From contig JBHLMQ010000007.1 in the NCBI GenBank assembly GCA_048938005.1, positions 63,465 to 113,196 of the forward strand: DNA of 49,732 nucleotides. The letters are read 5' to 3'. Source of the stretch: Promethearchaeota archaeon (GTDB lineage Archaea > Asgardarchaeota > Lokiarchaeia > Sigyniarchaeales > SOKP01). The stretch's first letter is position 1, and every line of letters begins with the position of its first letter. A program made the translations under genes and the position numbers. This document shows positions 9,547 to 18,635 of the stretch, in pieces. A model generated the notes under the pieces. It was not told the DNA's origin and ran no database searches. It saw only the letters and a list, made by a program, of their open reading frames with translations.

Positions 9547-10560
9547 ATGTCAGTCGATCGAAAAAAACTGGAAGCATTACTAAGTTGGTATAAACAAGAG
9601 ATTGGAGAAAATTTAATCACTGCTCTTATTGTCAATAGAGAAGGGCTAGTAATGTCTGCTTTGAAGGGATCTTCGGAGACTGAAGTAGAAGAAGATGTAA
9701 TTGGAGGCGTGAGTGCATTAGTAGAACCTGTTTTAACTAGAATCACAGAAGAATTTAGTTCCGGATCTTTTGGAACTGGAACTTTCGATACAGAAGAACA
9801 AAGATTCATATTTTGTGAAGCTGGCCCCGAAGCTATTTTTGTAACAGTATTGAATTCGATTGCTATGGTGGATCCTGTTTTTCCATACGCATATTTAGCT
9901 GCTGAGAAAATTGCTAGAATATTTGATGGAAGAACAGTAAGCCCTGTAATTCCTAAATTCTTTGCTGAAAGAAATACTCAGCATATTGAAAGAAAGGTTG
10001 ATAAACTTCAAAAAATTAAGGTAAAATCCGGAGAATATGCGTATAAGCTAATTCTTGGTGGAGAGGGAGGAGTTGGAAAAACTAGCATGGTTCATCGTTT
10101 TGTTGAGGATTCTTTTCAAACAGATTATAAGTCGACCATTGGAACATCTATAATGAAAAAGGAGTGTGAATTTCACGGATTAGAATCAAAAGTTCGCTTT
10201 ATTATCTGGGATTTAGCAGGACAAGCTCAATTTAAGCGCGTAAGACAAACTTATCTTGCTAACGCCGAAGCGGGTATATTAGTTTATGATGTTACCCGCA
10301 AAGATAGTTATGATAGTTTAGAAAATTGGTTTAAAGAAATTAAAAGTGTTTCACCAACTATCTCACTGATTTTAGTTGGAAATAAGATAGATTTAGAAAA
10401 GGAGCGTGAGATAACAACAGGAGAAGGAGAAGAACTCGCACAAAAATTAAATCTTTCATATATTGAAACATCTGCCAAGACAGGAGAAAATATAAATGAT
10501 GCCTTTAGAATGCTCGCTTTACAAATGATTAAACGTTTTGTTTTTACAGAAGAATTATAA
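9547..10560 (+). CDS. Roadblock/LC7 domain fused to a Rab-like small GTPase
   Basis: N-terminal ALIVNREGLVMSA roadblock pattern; C-terminal GEGGVGKT, STIG, WDLAGQ, NKID and ETSAK. Confidence 0.9.
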   Translation: MSVDRKKLEALLSWYKQEIGENLITALIVNREGLVMSALKGSSETEVEEDVIGGVSALVEPVLTRITEEFSSGSFGTGTFDTEEQRFIFCEAGPEAIFVTVLNSIAMVDPVFPYAYLAAEKIARIFDGRTVSPVIPKFFAERNTQHIERKVDKLQKIKVKSGEYAYKLILGGEGGVGKTSMVHRFVEDSFQTDYKSTIGTSIMKKECEFHGLESKVRFIIWDLAGQAQFKRVRQTYLANAEAGILVYDVTRKDSYDSLENWFKEIKSVSPTISLILVGNKIDLEKEREITTGEGEELAQKLNLSYIETSAKTGENINDAFRMLALQMIKRFVFTEEL

Positions 10561-10564
10561 TTTA

Positions 10565-10665
10565 AGCCTCTGGGGGGATTTGAACCCCCGACCTACAGAT
10601 TACGAATCTTTAGCATTAATAACAAAACGATTTTGAATGTTGCTCTACCGCTAAGCCACAGAGGC
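10565..10665 (-). tRNA. tRNA-Thr(CGT) with a 29-nt intron in the anticodon stem (10610-10638)
   Basis: Acceptor GCCTCTG/CAGAGGC, T arm GGGGG-TTCAAAT-CCCCC. After splicing the anticodon arm is ACAGA-TTCGTAA-TCTGT; 72-nt mature tRNA. Confidence 0.9.
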
Positions 10666-10732
10666 AAAGAAATTTTAAAAATGCGAGTTTCTTCAAAAAT
10701 TATAATCCTTAAAAAATTTTAAATTTTATCTG

Positions 10733-11758
10733 ATGAAAAATAATCCTAAAATAGGTAATCTTGGTGAAATAAAGTTAATAAAACTTATAGAAGAATTGGT
10801 TTTACACAAAACTGGAAAAGAACTATTAAGTGATGATTCTTTTTTTTTTGATTTAAAAAATAAGAATTTAAACAGAAGTATTGTTTTAAATTCTGATATG
10901 TTAGTATCTACTACTGATGTAACTCCTTTAATGAATTCATATCAGATTGGCAGGAAATCTGTTATAATGAATATAAGTGATTTATTAGTGAAAGGTGTTA
11001 AACCAAGAGGTTTAATTATTTCTTTTGGTTTACCAAAGCAACTGAAAAAACATGAATTTATTGATTTAGTAAATGGGATTATCGATTGTAGTGAAAAATT
11101 TGAGCTGGATTATATTGGGGGAGATATTAATGAAACAAAAGAATTAATAATAAATCCAACTGTTTTTGGCTTTAAAAATCCTTCTGCTATAATTTATAGA
11201 AGAGGGATTAAATTAGGAGATATTTTAGTGGCTAATAATAAATTTGGCTTAACTGGAGTAGGCTTCGATATTCTTTTAAAAAGAAAGGGAGATCTTCAAG
11301 ATTTTCCAAATTATACAAGATCTATTATGAGTATTTTAGAACCTGAAATCTCTGGAAATGAAGCACTCGTATTATCAGAAACAAATTTGGCAACTGCGAG
11401 TATTGATTCCTCTGATGGATTATCTAAGTCTCTACAAGATTTAATGCTTTCAAATCCAAATTTAGGGTTCGAAATCAATTTTAATGAAGATCTAATTGAT
11501 GCAGAAGCAATTAAATATTCAAAAGAATTTAAGATTTCTTTAGAAAAATTGGTTTTTACTGGAGGTGAAGAATTCATTCACCTATTTACAATAGATCCAA
11601 AAGATTTTAATACTGCCCAAAAAGAAATTCAATCTAAGGGTGGACAGATTTTTAAAATTGGAAAGGTGATATCCGAAGATCATATTGTTTTTATTAAAGA
11701 GGGAAAAAAAAAAGAACTAAAGAATTACGGATTTGAGCATTTCAGTGAAGAGGCGTAA
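10733..11758 (+). CDS. thiL: Thiamine-monophosphate kinase
   Basis: GEIKLI, NISDL, GGDINE, IDSSDGL and GGEEF motifs. Confidence 0.93.
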   Translation: MKNNPKIGNLGEIKLIKLIEELVLHKTGKELLSDDSFFFDLKNKNLNRSIVLNSDMLVSTTDVTPLMNSYQIGRKSVIMNISDLLVKGVKPRGLIISFGLPKQLKKHEFIDLVNGIIDCSEKFELDYIGGDINETKELIINPTVFGFKNPSAIIYRRGIKLGDILVANNKFGLTGVGFDILLKRKGDLQDFPNYTRSIMSILEPEISGNEALVLSETNLATASIDSSDGLSKSLQDLMLSNPNLGFEINFNEDLIDAEAIKYSKEFKISLEKLVFTGGEEFIHLFTIDPKDFNTAQKEIQSKGGQIFKIGKVISEDHIVFIKEGKKKELKNYGFEHFSEEA

Positions 11759-11883
11759 ATCATAGTAGTTTCTAATATATTATTTAAAAAATGAGGAGAG
11801 GAACCCGATCTAAATAAAATTTTTATATAATAATGGATTTATTCTTATACAATTCACGCCTAAACAGAAAAAAAAATCTTTAT

Positions 11884-11987
11884 GGGCTATTGGCGCAGGC
11901 AGGTAGCGCAGCAGGCTTTTAACCTGACATTTATTGGAATATCTCCCTTAAAAAGAAAGGTCAGGGGTTCAATTCCCCTATAGCCCG
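11884..11987 (+). tRNA. tRNA-Lys(TTT) with a ~30-nt insert (~11928-11957) 3' of the anticodon stem
   Basis: Acceptor GGGCTAT/ATAGCCC, D stem GCGC/GCGC, anticodon arm CAGG-CTTTTAA-CCTG, T arm AGGGG-TTCAATT-CCCCT. Confidence 0.88.
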
Positions 11988-11994
11988 TTATTCA

Positions 11995-12015
11995 TGTCGG
12001 TACAACGTACCGACA
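11995..12015. repeat. Perfect 9-bp inverted repeat immediately downstream of tRNA-Lys
   Basis: TGTCGGTAC-AAC-GTACCGACA. Confidence 0.8.
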
Positions 12016-12126
12016 ATCTATTTATATTTTTACATTTGGACCTAATTATAGTATTCTCAATTAAGAAAAATTTATGTGATCTTTAAGCTTATAATTAAAT
12101 AAAAATTCCCTTCACTATTATTTCAT

Positions 12127-13131
12127 ATGGAAAATTTAAAGTTTAAACTACCCTCAGATGAACCTGAGCAATTATTAGTCAAATCCCAAGATATTTCTAA
12201 CCCGAATTATGGATGTGAACCTGAAAAAAGAAATATTCAATCGCTTCTACAATATGGAGTAATAAATTTAGATAAACCAAGTGGTCCAACTAGTCATGAA
12301 GTAATTTCATGGGTACGTAAAATTTTGGGTATCTCAAGTGCGGGACACGGGGGTACGTTAGATCCAAAAGTTACTGGTGTGTTACCATGTGCTCTAGGAA
12401 AAGCTACACGTGTTTTATCAGCACTATTAAGAGCTGGTAAAGAATATATCGGAGTCATGTATTTACATACCCCAGAAAAACGAAAGAGGATTGAAAAAAT
12501 ATTTAAATTATTCACTGGAAAGATTTACCAAAGGCCTCCATTAAAATCATCCGTAGTAAGGAAATTACGGGTAAGAGAGATTTATTATAATGAAGTTGTT
12601 GAAGTTGATAATAATCATGTATTATTTCGAATTGGATGTGAAGCTGGAACATATGTGAGAAAATTTTGTTTTGATTTAGGAGAGGCTCTCTGTTCTGGTG
12701 CTCATATGCTCGAACTTAGAAGAACAAGAGTTGGCAATTTCAAAGAAAGCGATAATCTAATATCACTACAGAATTTAAAGGATGCCTTTATAATTTATCA
12801 AAGTGAGGGAAACGATTATTATTTGAAAAAAATAATATCCCCTATGGAAAAGATGGTATCTCATCTACCTAAGATTTATATTAGAGATACGGCAGTTGAC
12901 GCTTTATGCCATGGAGCAGATTTAGCTTCTGCTGGTGTTTGTTATATTGATGCAAGAATAAAAGCTAATATGTTAGTTGCATTTATGACTTTAAAAAAAG
13001 AATTAATTGGATTTGGTACCGCTTTGAAGGATGCTTTTCAAATATATAAAGCTAAATCGGGAATACTCGTAAAAACTAATAAAATTTTTATGGAAAGAGG
13101 AACTTATCCACGTTGGAACGAGAAAAAATAA
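12127..13131 (+). CDS. cbf5: H/ACA RNA-guided pseudouridine synthase Cbf5 (TruB family) with PUA domain
   Basis: LDKPSGPTSHE, HGGTLDPKVTG, IYQRPPLKS, EAGTYVR and ELRRTR. Confidence 0.96.
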   Translation: MENLKFKLPSDEPEQLLVKSQDISNPNYGCEPEKRNIQSLLQYGVINLDKPSGPTSHEVISWVRKILGISSAGHGGTLDPKVTGVLPCALGKATRVLSALLRAGKEYIGVMYLHTPEKRKRIEKIFKLFTGKIYQRPPLKSSVVRKLRVREIYYNEVVEVDNNHVLFRIGCEAGTYVRKFCFDLGEALCSGAHMLELRRTRVGNFKESDNLISLQNLKDAFIIYQSEGNDYYLKKIISPMEKMVSHLPKIYIRDTAVDALCHGADLASAGVCYIDARIKANMLVAFMTLKKELIGFGTALKDAFQIYKAKSGILVKTNKIFMERGTYPRWNEKK

Positions 13132-13159
13132 ATAATTTAAATCGTACTAATTTTATACT

Positions 13160-13789
13160 ATGGAAGATAAAAGAAACCATTATTATAGTAATTTTCCTGA
13201 TGTTAATGTAGAAATTCATACCATCTCAGAAAGTCTAAGAAGACACCTTTATATTTTTAAAACAATTACAGGGGTCTTTTCATTTAATAAAGTAGACTTA
13301 GGTACTAAAGTTTTTATAGAACATATGTATATCCCAAAAGCATCTAATGTCTTAATTGATTTGGGATGCGGTTATGGACCAATAGGAATTGTTTTAGGTT
13401 ACGAGTCTCCTCATAGCTCTGTCTATCTAATAGATATTAATAAACGAGCAGTTTGGTGTGCTAAAGAAAACATCAAGTTGAATCTGCCAGATCAAATAAA
13501 AAATGTTATTGCTTTATCTGGAAATTATTTTGAACCAATTAAAAGTAAAAATTTGAAATTCGATGGAATTTATATGAATCCCCCTTTACGTCAAGGAAGG
13601 AAAAGTTTCCTAAATCTGTTAAATGATATTCCAAGTTTTTTAAAACAAAATGGTTCTTTTCAATTTGTAATTAGAAAAAAAATGGGAGCTCCTTATATTT
13701 TCAAATATTTTAGGGATACATTCCCAGATGAAAATGTTGAAATTCAATGTAAAAGAAGTGGATATTGGGTTTTTAGATGCTTTCATTAA
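13160..13789 (+). CDS. Class I SAM-dependent methyltransferase, RsmC/MTS-like
   Basis: GVFS...VDLGT, DLGCGYGPIG, DINKRA and NPP motifs. Confidence 0.9.
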   Translation: MEDKRNHYYSNFPDVNVEIHTISESLRRHLYIFKTITGVFSFNKVDLGTKVFIEHMYIPKASNVLIDLGCGYGPIGIVLGYESPHSSVYLIDINKRAVWCAKENIKLNLPDQIKNVIALSGNYFEPIKSKNLKFDGIYMNPPLRQGRKSFLNLLNDIPSFLKQNGSFQFVIRKKMGAPYIFKYFRDTFPDENVEIQCKRSGYWVFRCFH

Positions 13790-13903
13790 TCAATTATTAA
13801 TAAAATCAGCGTTTTTTATGAGAAAAATGTTGAAAAAATGGAAAAATTTTTTAGAATAGTATCATTTCTTTATTTATAATTCGTAAAAAGAGAGGATTTC
13901 TCC

Positions 13904-14161
13904 TTGACTAAGAAGAAACGAATAGACGTTTTACTACATAAATTCGTCCCTAAACATATTCTTTTAACTAAAGAAGAATCGCAAAAGCTTTTAGAAAAAT
14001 ATCGGATTGATGTAAATGATTTACCCCAGATGTTTGAAAAGGATCCAGTGGCGATCGCAATCGGTGCAAAAGAGGGAGATATTATAAAAATAGTTCGAAA
14101 TTCCTATACAACAGTAAAGTCTGTAGATTATTATCGTTATATAAAAAAGGAAAAATTATAA
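13904..14161 (+). CDS. rpoH: RNA polymerase subunit H (Rpo5)
   Basis: HKFVPKH, LPQMFEKDPV, GDIIKIVR, YYR; TTG start. Confidence 0.96.
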   Translation: MTKKKRIDVLLHKFVPKHILLTKEESQKLLEKYRIDVNDLPQMFEKDPVAIAIGAKEGDIIKIVRNSYTTVKSVDYYRYIKKEKL

Positions 14162-14207
14162 TAACGGTTTTTTATGAAAAATAAAATAAAATATGGTTTA
14201 ATGAATT

Positions 14208-17200
14208 TTGAGTACTGAAAAATTATCAAATGAAGATAAATGGATTATTTTAAAAAGTTTATTTGATGAAAAGGGTTTAGTTCGTCAGCATTTAGATTCG
14301 TATAATAATTTCATTGAATATGAGATGCAAACTATTGTTGATGAATCGGGTGAAGTGATCCCTGATATTCCAGGTTTCAAGATAAAATTTGGAAAAATTA
14401 AAGTTGGAGCTCCTAAAGTAAGAGAAGCTGATGGTGCTACAATGGAAATTACTCCTATTGAAGCAAGGATTAGAGAATTAAGTTATGCAGCAGATATTAC
14501 TTTAGAAATGACTCCGATAACTATTGATGAGCGAACACAGAGAGAAGAAGCTGAAGAGACTTTAGATATCTATATTGGAAAGATTCCGATAATGCTTAAG
14601 AGTTGTCGATGCCCTTTAGAAAGTCTTTCAGAACAGGAGCTTATTAATAGGGGAGAAGACCCCTTAGATCCTGGAGGTTATTTTATAATAAATGGAACAG
14701 AGAGAGTTCTTGTTACCCAAGAGGATCTTGCTCCAAATAGGATACTTGCTGAAGAAGCGAGTAGAAGCTCTAGTGCTACTCATCAAGCGAAAGTCTTTTC
14801 AACAAGAAGTGGATTTAGAGCCCCTGTAACCATCGAGCGAAAAAAAGATGGAAATCTGAGAGTATCATTTCCATCAGTTCCAGGGAAAATACCTTTAGCA
14901 ATATTGATGCGTTCTTTAGGACTACATTCAGACAGAGAGATATTTGAAGCAATATCTGAAAATGACGAAATCCAAAAGGAATTAATTCCTGTTATAGATG
15001 TTGCCTCTGAGATTCAAGTATTAAAGGATCCAGAAAAATCCCAACACAACGCACTTGATTATATAGGGAAAAGAGTAGCAATCGGACAAACTAAAGATTA
15101 TCGTATTAGAAGGGCTCTTCAAGTTTTGGATAGATATCTTTTACCCCATATTGGGAATGATGAAGAAGATAGAATCAAGAAGGCTTATTATTTAGGTCAA
15201 ATGGCACAAAAAGTAATGGAACTTGCCTTAGGATTAAGAGAACCAGATGATAAGGATCATTATGCGAATAAAAGGTTAAAACTAGCTGGGGAATTATTTA
15301 CTTCTTTATTTAGAGTGGCATTTTTAAATCTCGTCAAGGATATTAAATATCAGTTAGAAAGAACTGCTGTTAGAGGAAGAGCACCAAATATTAAGACTGC
15401 TGTCAGAGCAGATGTTATTACGGAGAGAATTAGACACGCATTAGCTACAGGTAATTGGGTTGGTGGTAAAGCTGGTGTGAGCCAACTTTTAAACAGAACC
15501 AATCATGTTGGCACATTAAGCCATTTGAGAAGAGTTATATCTCCACTAAGTCGTAGTCAGCCTCATTTTGAAGCTAGAGATTTACATCCTACTCAATGGG
15601 GTAAAATTTGTCCAGCAGAAACTCCTGAGGGACCAAATTGCGGTTTAGTTAAGAATCTTGGTTTAGCATCAATAATTTCTGTGGGGACTGATGAAAGAAT
15701 TATTGAAAACATTTTAATCGATTTAGGAGTTATTCCTATAAATGAAGTAAAAAACATAAAAGGAGAAAAGGTTAAAGTTTTTTTAAACGGGAAATTGGTA
15801 GGGATTCATCAGCAGTATAATCCATTTATTCGTCAACTGAGAGAAAAACGAAGGAAAGGCGAGATAGGACAACATGTAAATATTGGATATTATCATGATT
15901 CTAAAGAAATTCAAATCAATTGTGATGCTGGAAGAGCAACAAGACCTTTATTTGTTTTGAGGAATAAAAACTTACTCGTTTCAAAAGAAGATATTGAAAA
16001 GCTCAGACAAAAAAAATATATTTGGTCTGATTTAGTTCAAAAGGGGGTTATTGAATATTTAGATGCGGAAGAAGAAGAAAATGCTTATATTGCTATGTTT
16101 GAAGAGGATATCACCTCTGAACATACTCATCTAGAGATATCACCTGCCGCAATTTTAGGAATTTGTGCTTCTATTATTCCTTTTCCAGAACATAATCAGT
16201 CCCCTAGAAATACTTACGAAGCAGGAATGGTAAAGCAAGCATTAGGTTTATTTGCAGCAAACATGCATTTGAGATTAGACACTAGAGGACATACATTACA
16301 TTATCCTCAACAACCGCTAGTAAAAACTAGTCCAATGGAGATAATAGGGATAAATAAAAGACCAGCAGGTCAAAATTTTATTATAGCAATGATGAGTTTT
16401 GAAGGATTTAATATAGAAGATGCAATTATCATAAATAAAGCATCAATCGAGAGAGGTCTTGCACGTAGTCATTTTTTTAGAACATATGATGCTGAAGAAA
16501 GAAAATATCCTGGTGGAGAGGTTGATAAATTTGAGATTCCAGAAAGAGGAGTGAGGGGTTTCAAATCTGCAGAATCATATAGATTATTATCTGAAGTAGA
16601 TGGGATAATAGAACCAGAAACAGAAGTTAATGGAGGAGATGTCCTTATTGGGAGAACGTCTCCACCTAGATTTATAAAATCGTACGAAGAATTTGAGCTT
16701 ATGCAGCCGAATAGGCGTGAAACTTCAAAAAATATGCGTCATAATGAGCAAGGTATAGTTGATACAGTAATTATTTCAGAAACCGTGGATGGAAATAAGT
16801 TAGTTAAGATAAAAGTTAGAGATTTAAGAATCCCAGAATTAGGAGATAAATTCTCATCTCGGCATGGTCAAAAGGGAGTATTAGGTCTAGTTGTTGATCA
16901 AGCAGACATGCCTTATAGTGCTTCCGGAGTAATTCCAGATATCATTGTAAATCCCCATGCGATGCCCTCAAGAATGACTTTAGGTCAACTTTTTGAAGGT
17001 ATCAGCGGAAAGATTGCATGTACCACAGGTAAATTAGGAGATGCAACTGCTTTTGAGTGGACTGATATAACAAAACTTCAGGAGCAATTAGTAAATGCTG
17101 GATTTGAATTCAATGGAAGAGAAGTAATGTATAATGGAATTACAGGGGAGAAATATGAAGCAGGAATTTACTGTGCACCAATTTATTACCAAAAATTATA

Positions 17201-17579
17201 TCACTTAGTAGCAGATAAACTCCATGCAAGAGCAAGGGGTCCTGTTCAAATTTTGACGAGACAACCTACTGAAGGTCGTGCTCGTGAAGGAGGTCTAAGA
17301 TTTGGTGAAATGGAAAGGGATTGTTTAGTTGGTCATGGTTCTGCCTTATTATTAAAAGAACGTCTTTTAGATGAATCTGATAGAACAGTAATTTTGGTTT
17401 GTGAAAAATGTGGACTCTTAGCTGTTTATGATAGAAATAGAGATAAGCGATATTGTCCAGTGTGTGGCGAAGGAACCATTATTTCAAAAGTAGTTTGTTC
17501 ATACGCTTTCAAATTATTGCTTCAGGAAATGATGTCTCTAGGGTTAGCACCACGACTTAAGCTAAAAGAGAAGATTTAA
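14208..17579 (+). CDS. rpoB: RNA polymerase subunit B (Rpo2), unsplit
   Basis: GGYFIINGTERV, ETPEGPNCGLVKN, GDKFSSRHGQKG, GGLRFGEMERD and C-terminal Zn ribbon; TTG start. Confidence 0.99.
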   Translation: MSTEKLSNEDKWIILKSLFDEKGLVRQHLDSYNNFIEYEMQTIVDESGEVIPDIPGFKIKFGKIKVGAPKVREADGATMEITPIEARIRELSYAADITLEMTPITIDERTQREEAEETLDIYIGKIPIMLKSCRCPLESLSEQELINRGEDPLDPGGYFIINGTERVLVTQEDLAPNRILAEEASRSSSATHQAKVFSTRSGFRAPVTIERKKDGNLRVSFPSVPGKIPLAILMRSLGLHSDREIFEAISENDEIQKELIPVIDVASEIQVLKDPEKSQHNALDYIGKRVAIGQTKDYRIRRALQVLDRYLLPHIGNDEEDRIKKAYYLGQMAQKVMELALGLREPDDKDHYANKRLKLAGELFTSLFRVAFLNLVKDIKYQLERTAVRGRAPNIKTAVRADVITERIRHALATGNWVGGKAGVSQLLNRTNHVGTLSHLRRVISPLSRSQPHFEARDLHPTQWGKICPAETPEGPNCGLVKNLGLASIISVGTDERIIENILIDLGVIPINEVKNIKGEKVKVFLNGKLVGIHQQYNPFIRQLREKRRKGEIGQHVNIGYYHDSKEIQINCDAGRATRPLFVLRNKNLLVSKEDIEKLRQKKYIWSDLVQKGVIEYLDAEEEENAYIAMFEEDITSEHTHLEISPAAILGICASIIPFPEHNQSPRNTYEAGMVKQALGLFAANMHLRLDTRGHTLHYPQQPLVKTSPMEIIGINKRPAGQNFIIAMMSFEGFNIEDAIIINKASIERGLARSHFFRTYDAEERKYPGGEVDKFEIPERGVRGFKSAESYRLLSEVDGIIEPETEVNGGDVLIGRTSPPRFIKSYEEFELMQPNRRETSKNMRHNEQGIVDTVIISETVDGNKLVKIKVRDLRIPELGDKFSSRHGQKGVLGLVVDQADMPYSASGVIPDIIVNPHAMPSRMTLGQLFEGISGKIACTTGKLGDATAFEWTDITKLQEQLVNAGFEFNGREVMYNGITGEKYEAGIYCAPIYYQKLYHLVADKLHARARGPVQILTRQPTEGRAREGGLRFGEMERDCLVGHGSALLLKERLLDESDRTVILVCEKCGLLAVYDRNRDKRYCPVCGEGTIISKVVCSYAFKLLLQEMMSLGLAPRLKLKEKI

Positions 17580-17679
17580 TTTATCTTTTTTTATTAAAGA
17601 AATTCAATTTGAAGAATTATTCTGTTCTTTTATTTAATAAATAAAAAAAAAAGAATATTTTGATTATTGAAATGGATTA

Positions 17680-18096
17680 TTATAATCCAAATCGTAAAAA
17701 TTCATAAAGTCCAGGTATCATTGTGTAGAGGAGAAACAGGAAAAATAATGTTAGTAAAGAGATCCAAACGGAATGATCCCATGCTACGTCTAACAAATAC
17801 TTAGTTAGAATAAAAATTATGAGAAATCCGATAATGGGGGTTAATCGGGGTAAATGATTTTGCCCACTAAAAGCTATAGCATTACCAATTGCTCCTAGTG
17901 CCATATCTATTGCTGCTAAAACGATCGGTATAATCAAAACGCAAATGAATGCTAAGAGAATTATAAGAAATTTTTTATCTGAGGCTTTAGTTTTTGATAC
18001 AATAAGCAAAACAGTAATAAAGATAATTAAAGCTACGATAATAGTTGCTAAGACGAGCCACAATATAAAGAGTAGTATTTCAGTTTGAAATAGCAT
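17680..18096 (-). CDS. Uncharacterised ~4-TM membrane protein
   Basis: Hydrophobic ORF. The start is more plausibly MLFQTEIL (18096) than 18183. Confidence 0.7.
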   Translation of the reverse strand: MLFQTEILLFILWLVLATIIVALIIFITVLLIVSKTKASDKKFLIILLAFICVLIIPIVLAAIDMALGAIGNAIAFSGQNHLPRLTPIIGFLIIFILTKYLLDVAWDHSVWISLLTLFFLFLLYTMIPGLYEFLRFGL

Positions 18097-18280
18097 TTTA
18101 TATTCCCTATTTTTATATCTATTTAGATTGAAGAAATTTTGATTATTAGATGAAAACTTTTCTTCTTTTTTAAATATTGACAAAACAAATTATAGGGCAG
18201 AAAAAGTAAGAATTGAGGCAATAAACACTTCAATTTAAAGAAAAATTAATATTATCAAAATATACGTTTTATTATTTAAA

Positions 18281-18487
18281 TTAAATTCCCCATGTTAGGA
18301 AAAAAAAATGTAAGGCGAATCCTAAAAATATAGAGGCAAATACAATACTGATTATTGAGAGTCGAACAGATACATCTCTTCCAAATTTAGTATATAATAC
18401 TAAAATTGTTAATGATACTAATCCAATGATAAGAAAAAGCCATGCAAAAACCCATAAAGATAGAGAAGGAACTGTAGCCATATCCAA
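18281..18487 (-). CDS. Small 2-TM protein, OST5/TMEM258-like oligosaccharyltransferase subunit
   Basis: RDVSVRLSIISIVFASIFLGFALHFFFLTWGI resembles the remembered TMEM258 C-terminus [32 protein letters not shown]; similar length and topology. Confidence 0.72.
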   Translation of the reverse strand: MDMATVPSLSLWVFAWLFLIIGLVSLTILVLYTKFGRDVSVRLSIISIVFASIFLGFALHFFFLTWGI

Positions 18488-18635
18488 TTACTATATTTTT
18501 TTTATAATCTGTATTTTTAGATATGTTTTATTTTTTTTTAATTTTATTAATGAATAAAATTTATAATTATAATCTTTTGATATTTAATAAATAGAACTAG
18601 AATTATATTAAATGAAAATTATATCGATTTAAAAG

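Noticed and set aside
4178-17579. Inteins in DP2 or RpoB
   Set aside because: Lengths are normal, the catalytic motifs are contiguous, and there are no intein splice-junction insertions.
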